Shown: positions 40,400-51,489 of the stretch, in pieces
How positions within the stretch are numbered: position 1 is the stretch's first letter
How the letters are laid out: each line of letters starts with the position of its first letter
NCBI RefSeq assembly: GCF_016056295.1
Contig: NZ_JAECZB010000024.1
Location: forward strand, 46,275-110,274
Direction of reading: 5' to 3'
From: Atlanticothrix silvestris CENA357
GTDB taxonomy: Bacteria > Cyanobacteriota > Cyanobacteriia > Cyanobacteriales > Nostocaceae
Length of the DNA stretch: 64,000 nt
The notes under the pieces: model-generated
Database searches by the model: none
What the model was told of the DNA's origin: nothing
The model's input: only the letters and a program-made list of their open reading frames with translations
Position numbers and translations under genes: made by a program

Positions 40400-41272
40400 C
40401 TAAACAGCGTTGATTGACAATACATTATAAGCGCCCAAAATTTTTAAAACTTCTGTATGGATCTTGAGTTCTGCTAAAGCCGATTGTACTCGTGCTTCGC
40501 TAGCATCTGCTTCCATATCAATAAAAAACAAGTATTCACCTAGCGAACGCTTGGTTGGGCGAGACTCGATTCGACTAAGGTTAATTTCTAGTTGAGCAAA
40601 TACTTGTAGTAGTTTGACCAATGCTCCAGGTAGATTGGCAGGTACACTAAAAGCTAGCGAAGTATGAGTTGCATGAATTGAAGGTGTGTGGTCAAAAGTT
40701 TGCGCTTCTTTCTGACTTACCACCCAAAAACGAGTACAATTCTCTGGATAGTCGTTAATGTTACTAGCTAATATAGGCAATTTGTAAAGTTGGGCTGCTC
40801 TGCTAGATGCGATCGCAGCGGTCGTTAATTCCTGTTCCAATCTTTGTAGTGCTTCAGTTGTAGAATTTGTAGGAATCAACTGTACAGTTGGAAGAAACTG
40901 CTCTAACCACCCCTGACATTGTGCTAAAGCTTGTGGGTGTGAATAAACAGTTTTAATGCCATCTAAACTATTTGCACAGGAAATAAACGCATGAGCAATG
41001 GGCATGACCAAAGCTAACTGAATTTGCAAATTGTCTAATTGCCAAAGTGTATCCATTGTCATGGTTACACTGCCTTCAATAGAATTTTCCACTGGCACAA
41101 CTGCTAATTGAGTGTGTCTAGCAGCAACGGCTTGGAGTGACTGGGCAATGCTGGGATAAGGACATAAGATAGCTTCAATTCCTGTCTTTTCAGTTAACCA
41201 GTTAACATAAAAAACAGCTGCTTGCTCTGCGTAAGTGCCAGGAGGCCCTAAATGGGCAATAGATATGGTCAT
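40400..41272 (-). CDS. pheA: Prephenate dehydratase
   Basis: PDT domain followed by an ACT domain with the ESRP signature (SRIESRPTKRSLGEYLFFID). Confidence 0.85.
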   Translation of the reverse strand: MTISIAHLGPPGTYAEQAAVFYVNWLTEKTGIEAILCPYPSIAQSLQAVAARHTQLAVVPVENSIEGSVTMTMDTLWQLDNLQIQLALVMPIAHAFISCANSLDGIKTVYSHPQALAQCQGWLEQFLPTVQLIPTNSTTEALQRLEQELTTAAIASSRAAQLYKLPILASNINDYPENCTRFWVVSQKEAQTFDHTPSIHATHTSLAFSVPANLPGALVKLLQVFAQLEINLSRIESRPTKRSLGEYLFFIDMEADASEARVQSALAELKIHTEVLKILGAYNVLSINAV

Positions 41273-41350
41273 AAATAGTCCTGATTTATCCGTTAAATTT
41301 ATAGACTATACCGTAGACAAACCTCACATTTTTAGGCTGTGAACATTAGT

Positions 41351-43069
41351 TTAATATTTACCATTATTTTGAACATTGCAATGGTACAGTTTATAACTGT
41401 ATTCACCAGCAGATTTTCTATATTGATCATCAGGAAAACATTGTTGAGATTCCAGATTGACTTGAGTCCGAAACTCGACTAACCATAGATCTAAAGGTCT
41501 GGGAATTTTAGTGAGTTGTTCATAGAATACTTGCATAGATTTAGTATAATTTTTACTTTCTAAATCTCGATGAGCCAAGAAAAACTGCAAGTTTTTAGCA
41601 GGTAGGTGTGGAAATTGCCAGGCTAAACCCATCATTCTGCCAGTTTGCCCGTGGTGTAAGTGAGTAGTAGCAATTAATACATTTAATTGAGATGCTTCTT
41701 GAATCACAGATGCGAGAAGATCAGGGCGTTGGTTTTGCAAGTAGCCCAAATTCCAAGTTGCTGTCACTCCTCCAAACATGGACATCAGCCAAATTATACT
41801 CACTACTAATTTTCCATTTACCACCCGCAGAAATTTCTGTTGATGTGGGTTAAAATTTTGTACTTGCTGCCAACAGCCTGCCAATGAAGCACTCAATAGT
41901 AAAATGATTGCTGGCACACAGATAAATTGGAAACGAGCAGCTAAGGTTAAGTCCATCCCTAAACCATAAGTGAAGCATAAACACAAAGCGATCGCCACAA
42001 TCACATACCTCATCAATATTTGTATCGCTAAATGAGTATCAGGGTTGTGCTGCTGTACTTTTAGCCCATTCACGAGATGAGGCAGACTCCAAACCAAAAA
42101 CAACAAGGTAACTACACCGGAGACAATCACAATCATCATGGGTAAGTTTGTGAATGCTGAAGGTAACAGCAACAGCATACTTAGTATCCAAAGTAGTAGC
42201 CGCCCTATCGGTTCTAACCATCTAACATGAGGATTGCTACTCGCGACCCATGTTGTAAGTTCATTGCCAGGAATACTTTGCAGAGCCGGTATCCAGACAA
42301 GACAACCCATCAAGGTACCTATAGCAACTACCCAGATACGCCATAAATTAGGTTGTATCAGTGCTTTTTGCTTGCTTTTGTGCCAAATATATCTCAGTAA
42401 TACAAAGCCTTCAGCACACAAAGTTAAGGTAAAAAAGTAATGGGTTGCTACCCCTAAAGTGTTGATTACCACCCAGGCAAATATTACCCAAAGTGGCAAA
42501 GATTGTTGGCGATAGATAGTTTGAATTGCTTTCACTAAACAACATAGAGAAGCAATTGCTAGCAAAATCGCCAAGGTATAATGACGTGCATCTCTAGCCA
42601 GAAAAATAGTATAGGGTGAAACTGCCATCATTGCTGCTGCCATCTGACCTACTAATTTGGAACGAAAGGCTAAATAGCCAAAGCCAAACATAGCAGGAAT
42701 TGATACTATCCCAAATACAGCACTGAGCGATCGCGCTGCCCAAATTGAGGCTAGTTCTCCTATAGGGGAAAACCATTTCATCCAAAAATGGGACAACACA
42801 AAATAGACCGGAGGATGAGTACTTTCATTAAATAAATGCTCGATAACTGCATTGATTCCTATGCTAGGTATAGATTGTAGTGGTTGTAACAACACATCCG
42901 AACTAATAACCTGATTGAGTGGAACTGTGCGAAAACTATTACCTAAGCTAAAAACTATCGTTGCACACTCATCAGTCCAAGGAGGTAGAGATGCCAAACG
43001 CCAAAAGCGTAAACAAGTACCAATAGCCAACCATAATAGAATTAGCAGTAGATGATAGCGGTTTTTCAT
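41351..43069 (-). CDS. GT-C glycosyltransferase family 39/83-like (ArnT/PMT_2-like) membrane protein
   Basis: N-terminal loop LPPWTDECATIVFSLG (DE motif), then about 12 TM helices and a C-terminal soluble domain. Confidence 0.6.
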   Translation of the reverse strand: MKNRYHLLLILLWLAIGTCLRFWRLASLPPWTDECATIVFSLGNSFRTVPLNQVISSDVLLQPLQSIPSIGINAVIEHLFNESTHPPVYFVLSHFWMKWFSPIGELASIWAARSLSAVFGIVSIPAMFGFGYLAFRSKLVGQMAAAMMAVSPYTIFLARDARHYTLAILLAIASLCCLVKAIQTIYRQQSLPLWVIFAWVVINTLGVATHYFFTLTLCAEGFVLLRYIWHKSKQKALIQPNLWRIWVVAIGTLMGCLVWIPALQSIPGNELTTWVASSNPHVRWLEPIGRLLLWILSMLLLLPSAFTNLPMMIVIVSGVVTLLFLVWSLPHLVNGLKVQQHNPDTHLAIQILMRYVIVAIALCLCFTYGLGMDLTLAARFQFICVPAIILLLSASLAGCWQQVQNFNPHQQKFLRVVNGKLVVSIIWLMSMFGGVTATWNLGYLQNQRPDLLASVIQEASQLNVLIATTHLHHGQTGRMMGLAWQFPHLPAKNLQFFLAHRDLESKNYTKSMQVFYEQLTKIPRPLDLWLVEFRTQVNLESQQCFPDDQYRKSAGEYSYKLYHCNVQNNGKY

Positions 43070-43383
43070 TAACGCGATGTCAAGTTAATTTTTTCTCAAA
43101 ACGACTTTTGTCAATTACAGCAAAGCATGATGAAATCGTGACGGTAGGGGTGTTTTCAAGCAATCGTCTTTTAGCTACAAAAATTACCTTTTGGTTGATG
43201 TATAATTTATCTCTCTAAGGTTAGTAAACATAATTTTTAAAATTATCTCAATGCTGAAGGATAATTAACAGCAAATATATTAAAAAAAATCAAACAAGAT
43301 AAATATTTCTTCTTCAACTAAAATTAATAAATATAAAAAATTAACTAATAATAGAAATATATAACAATTACTTCCTACAACTC

Positions 43384-43971
43384 ATGGCTACCAAGTTCAC
43401 AGCCTCCCAATCGGTAGAAATTGCTGTCCCACAGCAGCCTATTCCTATCCAGCACTACTTGCGTCAGCCTCAACGTTTGGTTAATGCTTTGGTTGACAGC
43501 AGGCGAATTCAGCAACTTTCAGAGGAAGTATTTCGCTTAAAAATGCGTCCTCTGACTTTTATGTCCCTGAGTATTCAACCTACTGTAGACATGAGAGTCT
43601 GGGCAGAATCAAATGGAATGATTTTTCTGCGATCGGTAGATTGTGAAATCCTTGGTTTTGAGTATATTAACCAGCGCTTTGCTTTAAATTTACAAGGGCA
43701 TTTATCTCCCTATCAGCTCAGCACTGGCACTCGCCTGCAAGGAAGAGCCGATTTAGAAGTACAAGTGGATTTTCCACCACCATTTTCGTTAACTCCTAAG
43801 CCCATTTTAGAAGCCACTGGTAATGGTCTGCTTAAGAGTGTGCTATTGACAATTAAGCAAAGATTACTACATCAACTGCTAACAGATTATCGTCACTGGG
43901 TGATCTCGCAAACAAAAGAAAAAGCCTTAAATGATGACAATGGTGAATTGCCAATCTTCAACATAGAGTAA
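43384..43971 (+). CDS. Conserved cyanobacterial hypothetical protein (DUF1997-like)
   Basis: 195-aa soluble protein. The family assignment rests on overall resemblance only. Confidence 0.35.
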   Translation: MATKFTASQSVEIAVPQQPIPIQHYLRQPQRLVNALVDSRRIQQLSEEVFRLKMRPLTFMSLSIQPTVDMRVWAESNGMIFLRSVDCEILGFEYINQRFALNLQGHLSPYQLSTGTRLQGRADLEVQVDFPPPFSLTPKPILEATGNGLLKSVLLTIKQRLLHQLLTDYRHWVISQTKEKALNDDNGELPIFNIE

Positions 43972-44048
43972 TTTTTTATTTCTCCATAAGATTTTTTCTA
44001 CTTTTGGCAACAAATGAATTGGCTGTAGGGGTTTACCAGTATATGCCC

Positions 44049-44717
44049 CTACTGAATCTGGCAAGGACGAAAGGACTTGCGATGCAAGGGTGAAGGACCG
44101 TATTCTCGCAGCGCCAGCAAATGCTTTTGACTACCATAACCTTTGTTATGTGTTATGTCGTATTTGGGGTAATTTGATGCTAGGCGCAATACCAAATCGT
44201 CACGCCAAACTTTAGCCATAATACTAGCAGCGGCAATATTAAGCGATCGCTCGTCACCCTTAACTATTGTTTGTTGGGGTACAGGCAAGTCTTTAATGAG
44301 CTGATTGCCATCAACCAAGCAGATTACAGGCTGTACTTTTAGTTTTAGTACAGCCCGCTTCATGGCTAACAATGTGGCCTGTAAAATGTTTATCTGGTCA
44401 ATTTCGGCAGTGGAAGCAAAACCGATTTTCCAATCAATTGCCACTGTAGAAATTAGCTGTGCCATCTGAATTCTACGAGAACTAGACAACTTTTTACTAT
44501 CTTTAATCCCAACTGCCATTAGTTCTGACAAAGCACAGGTTGGTAGTATTACTGCTGCGGCTACTACAGGGCCAAATAAAGCACCTCGTCCTACTTCATC
44601 CACGCCCCCAATTAACCCTGAAAGACCTAACAAATTAGAGGATAACTCCAGCCAATTTGATTCACTCCAAGGCGCTAACGAATGAAGAGCAGCAATAGTT
44701 TGTTGTGTCTGTGCCAT
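44049..44717 (-). CDS. rnhB: Ribonuclease HII
   Basis: GVDEVGRGALFGPVVAAAVIL catalytic DEVGRG motif. 222 aa. Positioned immediately downstream of rne, as is typical in cyanobacteria. Confidence 0.92.
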   Translation of the reverse strand: MAQTQQTIAALHSLAPWSESNWLELSSNLLGLSGLIGGVDEVGRGALFGPVVAAAVILPTCALSELMAVGIKDSKKLSSSRRIQMAQLISTVAIDWKIGFASTAEIDQINILQATLLAMKRAVLKLKVQPVICLVDGNQLIKDLPVPQQTIVKGDERSLNIAAASIMAKVWRDDLVLRLASNYPKYDITHNKGYGSQKHLLALREYGPSPLHRKSFRPCQIQ

Positions 44718-44725
44718 AAAATAAG

Positions 44726-46834
44726 TTAATTTTCGTCTGCGGTAGATGTATCCTCTATCGCAGACGAACGACGGCGGCGGCGGCGATTTCCTATGGAAGG
44801 GCTATTCGCTTCAGTTTCCTCTACATTGGTGAAACCTTCGATAGAGTTTGCCGCAAATTCTGCTGGCTCAAATGTATTTTCTGGTTCAGATGTATTTTCT
44901 GCTAAAGGTTTATGTTTTGTTTCAGTTTGCAGTGTATTTGTATTTACATCAATGCTTTCTGTTTCAGTAACAGTTGATTGTGGGGTTGATTCAGTCGATG
45001 CAGCTGGTGATTGCCCAGGCTGAACAATGTTAATAATTACGGATTTAGGATTTTTGACTTCCCGTTCTAACTTCACTAGAGGAGAAACTCCCATCAACGC
45101 AAAAACATCCTGTTCTTGGAGGGTCATTTCTACAGTCCTAATCTCCGGTGGTTCTACCACTGGTTTAACAGGCTCTACTTTGGTTACTTTATTACGTTCT
45201 ACCCGTTCAACCCAACCAGATTTGCCTAGGTTAGGTGAGGAAATATCTGGTGTGGGCGCTAGCTCTACTTCAGCATCCAAATCTAAATCTGGCTCATTGT
45301 CAAAAGTTAGTGGATGAGTAATAATCCGGGCTTCATCTTTTCCGTTTGTCCCATTGATACCAATTCGACTACGGCGGGTGCGGGTACGACGCTTGTTGTT
45401 ATCGTTAAGTTCTTGATAACTAGGATGATTCATTAAATTCAAGGCGCTCAAATCAGAGTCACCATCGAATCCTTCTCCAAAGGCATCGTAGTTTTCCCGT
45501 GTTTCTGTGATGCGAGCAGCGGGTAAACGTGGTTCTCTATGAGGTAGAGATACAAAACGCTCTGGTATTTCTACTGGTGTTGGTAATCGGTTTTCGTTTT
45601 CTCCAGGTAGACGTACAATATGTCCTAAACCGCCACAAGTAGGGCATGTTTCCCCAAACAATTCGTAAATATTTTGACCTTGGCGCTTACGGGTAAGTTC
45701 TACCAAACCCAATTCAGTTAGTTGGGCAATTTGGGGACGAGCTTTGTCTGCTTTCAGTGCTTTGTTAAAATGCTCTAGAACTTGCAATTGGTCGCGCCGC
45801 GATTCCATATCAATGAAGTCAACGACGATTACCCCAGCAATATTTCGCAGACGCAACTGACGGGCAATTTCTGTTGCAGCTTCACAGTTCGTCCATAAAA
45901 CAGTTTCTCTAGCTGTTGCTGATCGCGTGAAGGAACCGGAGTTAACATCAATTACTGTTAATGCCTCAGTTGGCTCGATAATGATGTATCCTCCAGAAGG
46001 TAAGTCCACTCTGGGTTTGAGTGCTTCTCGAATTGCGGCATTGATGCGGAAGTACTCTAAAATTCCAGAGCGATCGCGATGATGGTCAATTAACAATCCC
46101 TGTGGTGTTTGACCTCCACTCCAGTTCTGCAAATACTGCTTGACTCGCTTCAAGCCAGTACTAGAATCCACAACAATCCGATTTACATCCGCACCGTACA
46201 TATCCCGCAACACGCGCTGGATAAAGTCATCGTCTCGGTTGAGTAATGCCGGGGCACGAGTGGAGTGTGCTTCTTGTTGAATGGCTTCCCATTGCTTTTG
46301 CAGCACCTCCAAATCTTCCATAATCGCTTCTTCTGGTTTGCCTTCTGCTTCTGTACGCACAAGCAAACCCATTCCCGCCGGCTTAACCAAAATTGCCAGC
46401 GCTCGCAAACGGTTACGCTCGCTTTCGCTCTTAATCCTCCGGGATAAATTTACACCCCTACCATAAGGCATTAACACTACGTAGCGTCCGGGCAAAGTGA
46501 TATTACCTGTAAGCCGGGGGCCCTTGGTTCCCGTTGGCTCTTTCATCACTTGCACCAACACTTTTTGTTGTGGTGCTAATAGTTCTGTAATTGCGGCAGC
46601 TGTACGCTTTAGCTTCAACGGCCCCAAATCAGTTACATGAATAAAACCGTTACGCTCTGGATCACCAATATTGACAAAAGCCGCATCTATCCCAGGTAAT
46701 ACATTTTCTACTACACCTAAATAGATATCACCTATTTGGTGATGACCCGTGGCCACAACGAGTTCTTGTATTTGATCTTCAGAAAAGACGGCAGCAATTT
46801 GATGCTGCTCCGCGATGATAATTTGTTTTGGCAT
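44726..46834 (-). CDS. rne: Ribonuclease E
   Basis: N-terminal S1 domain and catalytic core (IIIEPTEALTVIDVNSG, CPTCGGLGHI zinc-link). Arg-rich C-terminal segments (RRRRRRS). 702 aa. Confidence 0.9.
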   Translation of the reverse strand: MPKQIIIAEQHQIAAVFSEDQIQELVVATGHHQIGDIYLGVVENVLPGIDAAFVNIGDPERNGFIHVTDLGPLKLKRTAAAITELLAPQQKVLVQVMKEPTGTKGPRLTGNITLPGRYVVLMPYGRGVNLSRRIKSESERNRLRALAILVKPAGMGLLVRTEAEGKPEEAIMEDLEVLQKQWEAIQQEAHSTRAPALLNRDDDFIQRVLRDMYGADVNRIVVDSSTGLKRVKQYLQNWSGGQTPQGLLIDHHRDRSGILEYFRINAAIREALKPRVDLPSGGYIIIEPTEALTVIDVNSGSFTRSATARETVLWTNCEAATEIARQLRLRNIAGVIVVDFIDMESRRDQLQVLEHFNKALKADKARPQIAQLTELGLVELTRKRQGQNIYELFGETCPTCGGLGHIVRLPGENENRLPTPVEIPERFVSLPHREPRLPAARITETRENYDAFGEGFDGDSDLSALNLMNHPSYQELNDNNKRRTRTRRSRIGINGTNGKDEARIITHPLTFDNEPDLDLDAEVELAPTPDISSPNLGKSGWVERVERNKVTKVEPVKPVVEPPEIRTVEMTLQEQDVFALMGVSPLVKLEREVKNPKSVIINIVQPGQSPAASTESTPQSTVTETESIDVNTNTLQTETKHKPLAENTSEPENTFEPAEFAANSIEGFTNVEETEANSPSIGNRRRRRRSSAIEDTSTADEN

Positions 46835-47025
46835 TCAATTTCCTCAAAAATTGGCAGCACTAATTGGCTTGGGGGTTTGTTATGCCTCTCGCCCCTGCCA
46901 GCCCCAAAAGGTGCCGCTTGTAATAAATATTGTGAATCTAAGCTCAAAGTTAAGGAGCTATTGACTAAGGAATTGCGTTTACACGCCTGATTATTCCAGA
47001 ACGGCTGCATATTGTTTAAGCAAAT

Positions 47026-47050
47026 AAATCAACCGTCCGTGGTTGATTTT
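47026..47050. terminator. Stem-loop AATCAACC-gtccgt-GGTTGATT with flanking T/A tracts, between the radical SAM gene and rne
   Basis: Direct reading. Could act on either strand. Confidence 0.3.
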
Positions 47051-47391
47051 TGATGCGATACCTTCACCATCTAGGGATTAGGTATTCAGCAGTTGTTTTA
47101 AAAAGCATAGAGGAAGAGTTGCCGACGGAGCCTGTTGTTAGTTACTAGTTCACAAGATAGCTATCAAGAGAGAGTGTTCTTTAATCTGCCTGCTGTTTGT
47201 CTGGGATAAAATCCTAGAAGTTACACTCTAATATCTTTGCTTTCGCACCCTGAGTACCAGGGTAGTGAACCAGTTCATTCAATGCAGGGCCAGAAAATTT
47301 CTCTTCATCTCATTCTAACGCAACCTTGCTGAAAATCAATTCCCATGATCTACCATGTCAAGGCAACTACTAGCAAGTCACCCTTCAGGGA

Positions 47392-50010
47392 TTATACTCC
47401 TAAAAATAGCTGATTGCGATGAATGTGCAGAAGTTGAAATTCTACACCTGTCACAGCTTCCAGCATAAACAGAATTTGTTCAGGCCGCAACAGCACCCCA
47501 TCAGGACGATAGCTACCCACATAACGCAGGATAACTATAGACTCGTCTTGTGTATTCTTGCTAGTTTCTACTAATTCCAGTTCAAACAAACGCGAGCGCA
47601 GATTTATTAAATGGCTTTTGCCTGACTTAGTTGTTTGCTCCCACCAAAGTTCGTCTTTTGCTTTGATTGTTTCAATCCATTCTTGCCATTGGGCAAATGT
47701 AGCTATACTAAGTGCTGCGACTGTAATCAAGTACTCTGCTGCCTCCATTACTTGGCTAGCAGCAGGAACTTTCAAATCCAACTGCACCACATTGTATATA
47801 GGTATATCTGTGGGTAGTTCACGAGCTAGCAGTTCTCGAAAATTATCTATTGCTACTGGTTGTGTTAACTCAAAATCTACAATCTCGCCACTGCTGGTAA
47901 TTCCTAAAGCTAAAGCATTCGCTACAGAAATGCGTGGAGTTGGATGAAACCCACCAGTGAAAGCAACTGGCAAGCCTGCTCGCCGTAGAACTCGATCAAA
48001 TAAGCGCATTAAATCCAGGTGACTCAACAAAGCCATATTGCCTTGTTTACCAAACCAGACACGTAATCTTTGAGCTTTAGTTGTGTTGGGGACAAATTCA
48101 CCAGCAAATTTTGGAACAACAGGTGGCGAAATCACAATATTGTGACCAAAGTCTGTGCTACAAACACCACAGTGAGAGCAACCTTCAAAGGAGCAGTCTG
48201 GTACAGTTGCCGCCTCTAAAGCGCGCTGCAAATCTTCCTTCAGCCACTTTTTGTCTATCCCTGTATTTATATGATCCCAAGGTAGGGGAGCATCAAGGGA
48301 GTGGGAAGTGGGGAGTGAGGATGTTACTTCCTCATCTTTTGTATAAAACAAATTCCATTCGCCGTTTTCTATTTGGCGATATTTCCAGTCTAAGCCAGCT
48401 TCAGCGATCGCTGATTCCCAAGCACCAAAAGCTTTATCTAAATTGTCATACCAAGAATCCATGCCAGCGCCTAATTCCCAGGCACGACGGACTACCTTAC
48501 CCAAACTGCGATCGCCCCTGCCCACAAAGTCTTCCATCGCTGAAATCCGGACATCGGTGAAATTCACTTTCACTCCTCTAAGTCGGCGAAATTCGTACCG
48601 TAACAGACTTTGTTTGCGTTTAAATTCAGCCGTAGAAACTGAATGCCACTGAAAGGGAGTATGAGGTTTAGGTGTAAAGTTAGAAATCGTCAAGTTAAAG
48701 TTGAGAGGTTTTCTTCCTTTTCCTCGACATTCTCTTTGCAACCAGCTTACTGTTTCCACTATACCCACAACATCGGCATCTGTTTCACCCGGTAAGCCAA
48801 TCATAAAATACAGCTTGATTTTATCCCAACCTTGCTCCCAAGCTGTTTTTACGCCCCGTAACAATTCTTCATTCGTCAAACCTTTGTTAACAATGTCCCG
48901 CATCCGCTGGGTTCCAGCTTCTGGAGCAAAGGTGAGGCTACCTTGCCGCGTGCCACCCAGGATGTTGGCAATATTTTCATCAAATCTATCTACTCGTTGA
49001 CTAGGAAGAGTCAGAGAAATATTTTCGTTTTTTAACCGATTTTTAATCTCCATCCCTACCGCTGGCAAGGATAAATAATCAGAACAACTCAGAGATAGCA
49101 GGGAAAACTCATTGTAACCAGTTGCCCGCATTCCTTGTTCGATTGCTTCTACAACTGTATCTGGTTCTACATCCCGTGCTGGTCGGGTAAGCATTCCTGG
49201 TTGACAGAAGCGACATCCACGAGTACACCCCCGTCGAATCTCAATTGTCAAGCGGTCGTGTACAGTCTCAACGTATGGAACTAACCCAACCGAATAAGCT
49301 GGTATTGGGGTAGAAACTCGGCGCAGAATTTGCTTTGGTACATCTGGGCGATGAGGATGAACTGAGCCATCTGCTGCCATATCGTAAAATTGAGGAACAT
49401 AGACACCCGGTATTTGTGCCAAGTCCAATAAAGTCTGCTCTCGCTTCAGTCCTGCTTTTTTGCCTTCTTCCAAAATCAAACCAATTTCTGGAAGCAGTTC
49501 TTCGCCGTCTCCGAGGGCAAAAAAGTCAAATAAGTCGGTGTATGGTTCTGGATTAGATGTTGCTGTTTGTCCGCCAGCAAAAACTAGGGGACATTCTTTC
49601 TCTGCCCGTTCTTGCCATGTGAGGGGAACTCCAGCCAAATCCAACATTTCTAAAATGTTAGTTGCACCGAGTTCATAACTGAGGCTAAAGCCTAAAATAT
49701 CGAATTCTGTGAGCGATCGCTTTGACTCTACAGCAAATAAGGGTGTATTTGTCTGTCGGAGTTTAGCTGCCAAGTCTGTCCCTGGTAGGTAAGCGCGATC
49801 GCATAACTGTCGTGGTTGGGCATTCAAGATGTTATAGAGGATGATATGCCCTAAATTGGATGCTCCGACTTCATATACCTCTGGGTAAGTTAATACCCAA
49901 CGTATTGCTGCCGTATCCCAATCTTTATGTACTGCTAGGCGTTCGTTACCCAGATAACGCGCTGGCTTTAAAATTTCCGGTGTGATTAATCTTTCAACTG
50001 CAACAGCCAC
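47392..50010 (-). CDS. B12-binding-domain radical SAM protein fused to a DUF2344-type C-terminal domain
   Basis: CTRGCRFCQ radical-SAM cysteine triad. N-terminal B12-binding-like region. 872 aa, a domain fusion common in cyanobacteria. Confidence 0.8.
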   Translation of the reverse strand: MAVAVERLITPEILKPARYLGNERLAVHKDWDTAAIRWVLTYPEVYEVGASNLGHIILYNILNAQPRQLCDRAYLPGTDLAAKLRQTNTPLFAVESKRSLTEFDILGFSLSYELGATNILEMLDLAGVPLTWQERAEKECPLVFAGGQTATSNPEPYTDLFDFFALGDGEELLPEIGLILEEGKKAGLKREQTLLDLAQIPGVYVPQFYDMAADGSVHPHRPDVPKQILRRVSTPIPAYSVGLVPYVETVHDRLTIEIRRGCTRGCRFCQPGMLTRPARDVEPDTVVEAIEQGMRATGYNEFSLLSLSCSDYLSLPAVGMEIKNRLKNENISLTLPSQRVDRFDENIANILGGTRQGSLTFAPEAGTQRMRDIVNKGLTNEELLRGVKTAWEQGWDKIKLYFMIGLPGETDADVVGIVETVSWLQRECRGKGRKPLNFNLTISNFTPKPHTPFQWHSVSTAEFKRKQSLLRYEFRRLRGVKVNFTDVRISAMEDFVGRGDRSLGKVVRRAWELGAGMDSWYDNLDKAFGAWESAIAEAGLDWKYRQIENGEWNLFYTKDEEVTSSLPTSHSLDAPLPWDHINTGIDKKWLKEDLQRALEAATVPDCSFEGCSHCGVCSTDFGHNIVISPPVVPKFAGEFVPNTTKAQRLRVWFGKQGNMALLSHLDLMRLFDRVLRRAGLPVAFTGGFHPTPRISVANALALGITSSGEIVDFELTQPVAIDNFRELLARELPTDIPIYNVVQLDLKVPAASQVMEAAEYLITVAALSIATFAQWQEWIETIKAKDELWWEQTTKSGKSHLINLRSRLFELELVETSKNTQDESIVILRYVGSYRPDGVLLRPEQILFMLEAVTGVEFQLLHIHRNQLFLGV

Positions 50011-50175
50011 TGTGCTATCTTCTAGCTACCTTAATTACAGCTAATCACTTCCAACTTTAGCACTGATTAGCTCTTTCAATGAGGTTTCTTTTTAGAACTT
50101 ATAATTTTGTTACACGCAGCTGCTGACTAGCCATATAAAATATTACAATAGTTAACTTTATAAAAGTCCTACTAA

Positions 50176-50496
50176 TTATAAATGCGGTTCGCCTTCAAAT
50201 ATCTCGAAAATTCCATCAAGCTGTGTAAGTTCAAAAATCATTCTCACTGACGGAGAAACAGAATCCAGTTGTAAACTCCTTCCTAAACTCTGAGCAAGCT
50301 TGAGCGCAGAGACCAATGCCATTAAGCCAGCACTGTCTAAAGATTCTACTGCGGCTAAATCCACTAGCAAGGCGGAAGTATCATCTTGAGTCAACGCTGT
50401 TGTCAGATCTCTTTCAAACTCCAAGGCGTTGGTGGCATTGAGAATGCCTTGAGGACGAATAACAGTAATTTGGGGAGAATCCAGTACTGCTTGCAT
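50176..50496 (-). CDS. STAS-domain anti-sigma-factor antagonist (SpoIIAA-like)
   Basis: 106 aa. VESLDSAGLMALVSAL with the conserved phosphorylatable Ser context (DSAG). Confidence 0.75.
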   Translation of the reverse strand: MQAVLDSPQITVIRPQGILNATNALEFERDLTTALTQDDTSALLVDLAAVESLDSAGLMALVSALKLAQSLGRSLQLDSVSPSVRMIFELTQLDGIFEIFEGEPHL

Positions 50497-50967
50497 ATCA
50501 ACATCCTAATTAATGTTATTAAACTGTAATGCCCATATTTATCTGAACATAAACTGTTTTTCCTCGCATCGACCATACGTCTTATAACTCTTTGCTGAAT
50601 CTTTATTACTTTAGTGGGTCTGTTTAAAGATTGTCATAAATACAGGATGGATTGTATTCATATATACTTTTTTTCTACGTCGGTTACAAAACAATCAACA
50701 GAGACAGCCGTAAAGTAGATCCATCAAGCATAATGGCGGCGAAAACACTTGATTGGTCTATAAATGAAGCTGATTTAGCCAAGATCTAGCTATAGGTCAA
50801 ATGCCTGCATTTTCAGGGTTACTGGTGGCATATATTGGGGTTGATGTCAAATGAAGCATTTGAGCAACTTGTGATCTATATCACTAATGTACTAGCATCT
50901 GGATCACATTTTATACCAAGCTTGATCTCGGATAATTAGTACCATATTTAAAGTTGGATGATTATTT

Positions 50968-51168
50968 ATGAGAACTAAATACGCTATTCGTCAATTGGTT
51001 GAAAAAGCTCTTGATATTAAAAAACTAACTCCTGAGATAGAGAATGAGATCAACTCAGAATTAACTGAAAATGGGTGTATATCTGATGTTGATTACGAGG
51101 CTCTGGAATTATTAATGGCAGAGATGGATGCTGGTCGAGTTAAGCTAGTTCCTAGCTGGGGATATTAG
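50968..51168 (+). CDS. Small acidic hypothetical protein
   Basis: 66-aa ORF, no recognisable domain. Confidence 0.3.
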   Translation: MRTKYAIRQLVEKALDIKKLTPEIENEINSELTENGCISDVDYEALELLMAEMDAGRVKLVPSWGY

Positions 51169-51489
51169 CGTTAAGTATTGCCATTGCCAGTTTTTCTCTA
51201 TACCAAAGTTAGTTTTGATAAAAAACTAGAAAAATCAAGCTTAAAATAGTTAACTTTAGTTTTATTAACAGCAGTGCCATCAAAAGCACGATAAAACTAC
51301 TGTTATTTTCCTGTGTTATTTACTATTTTAATTTCTCTATGTGGTATAAAACCTGTGTCGTTGTTCCTTTTAATAATGGCTACGGTGCAGGAAGAGAAGT
51401 AGCCTAGCTATTCTTGATTAGCAAATGCAAAAACTAGTTCAACGTATAAAATCTGATTCTGCATTAATACCCCACTGGGTCAACAGCCT

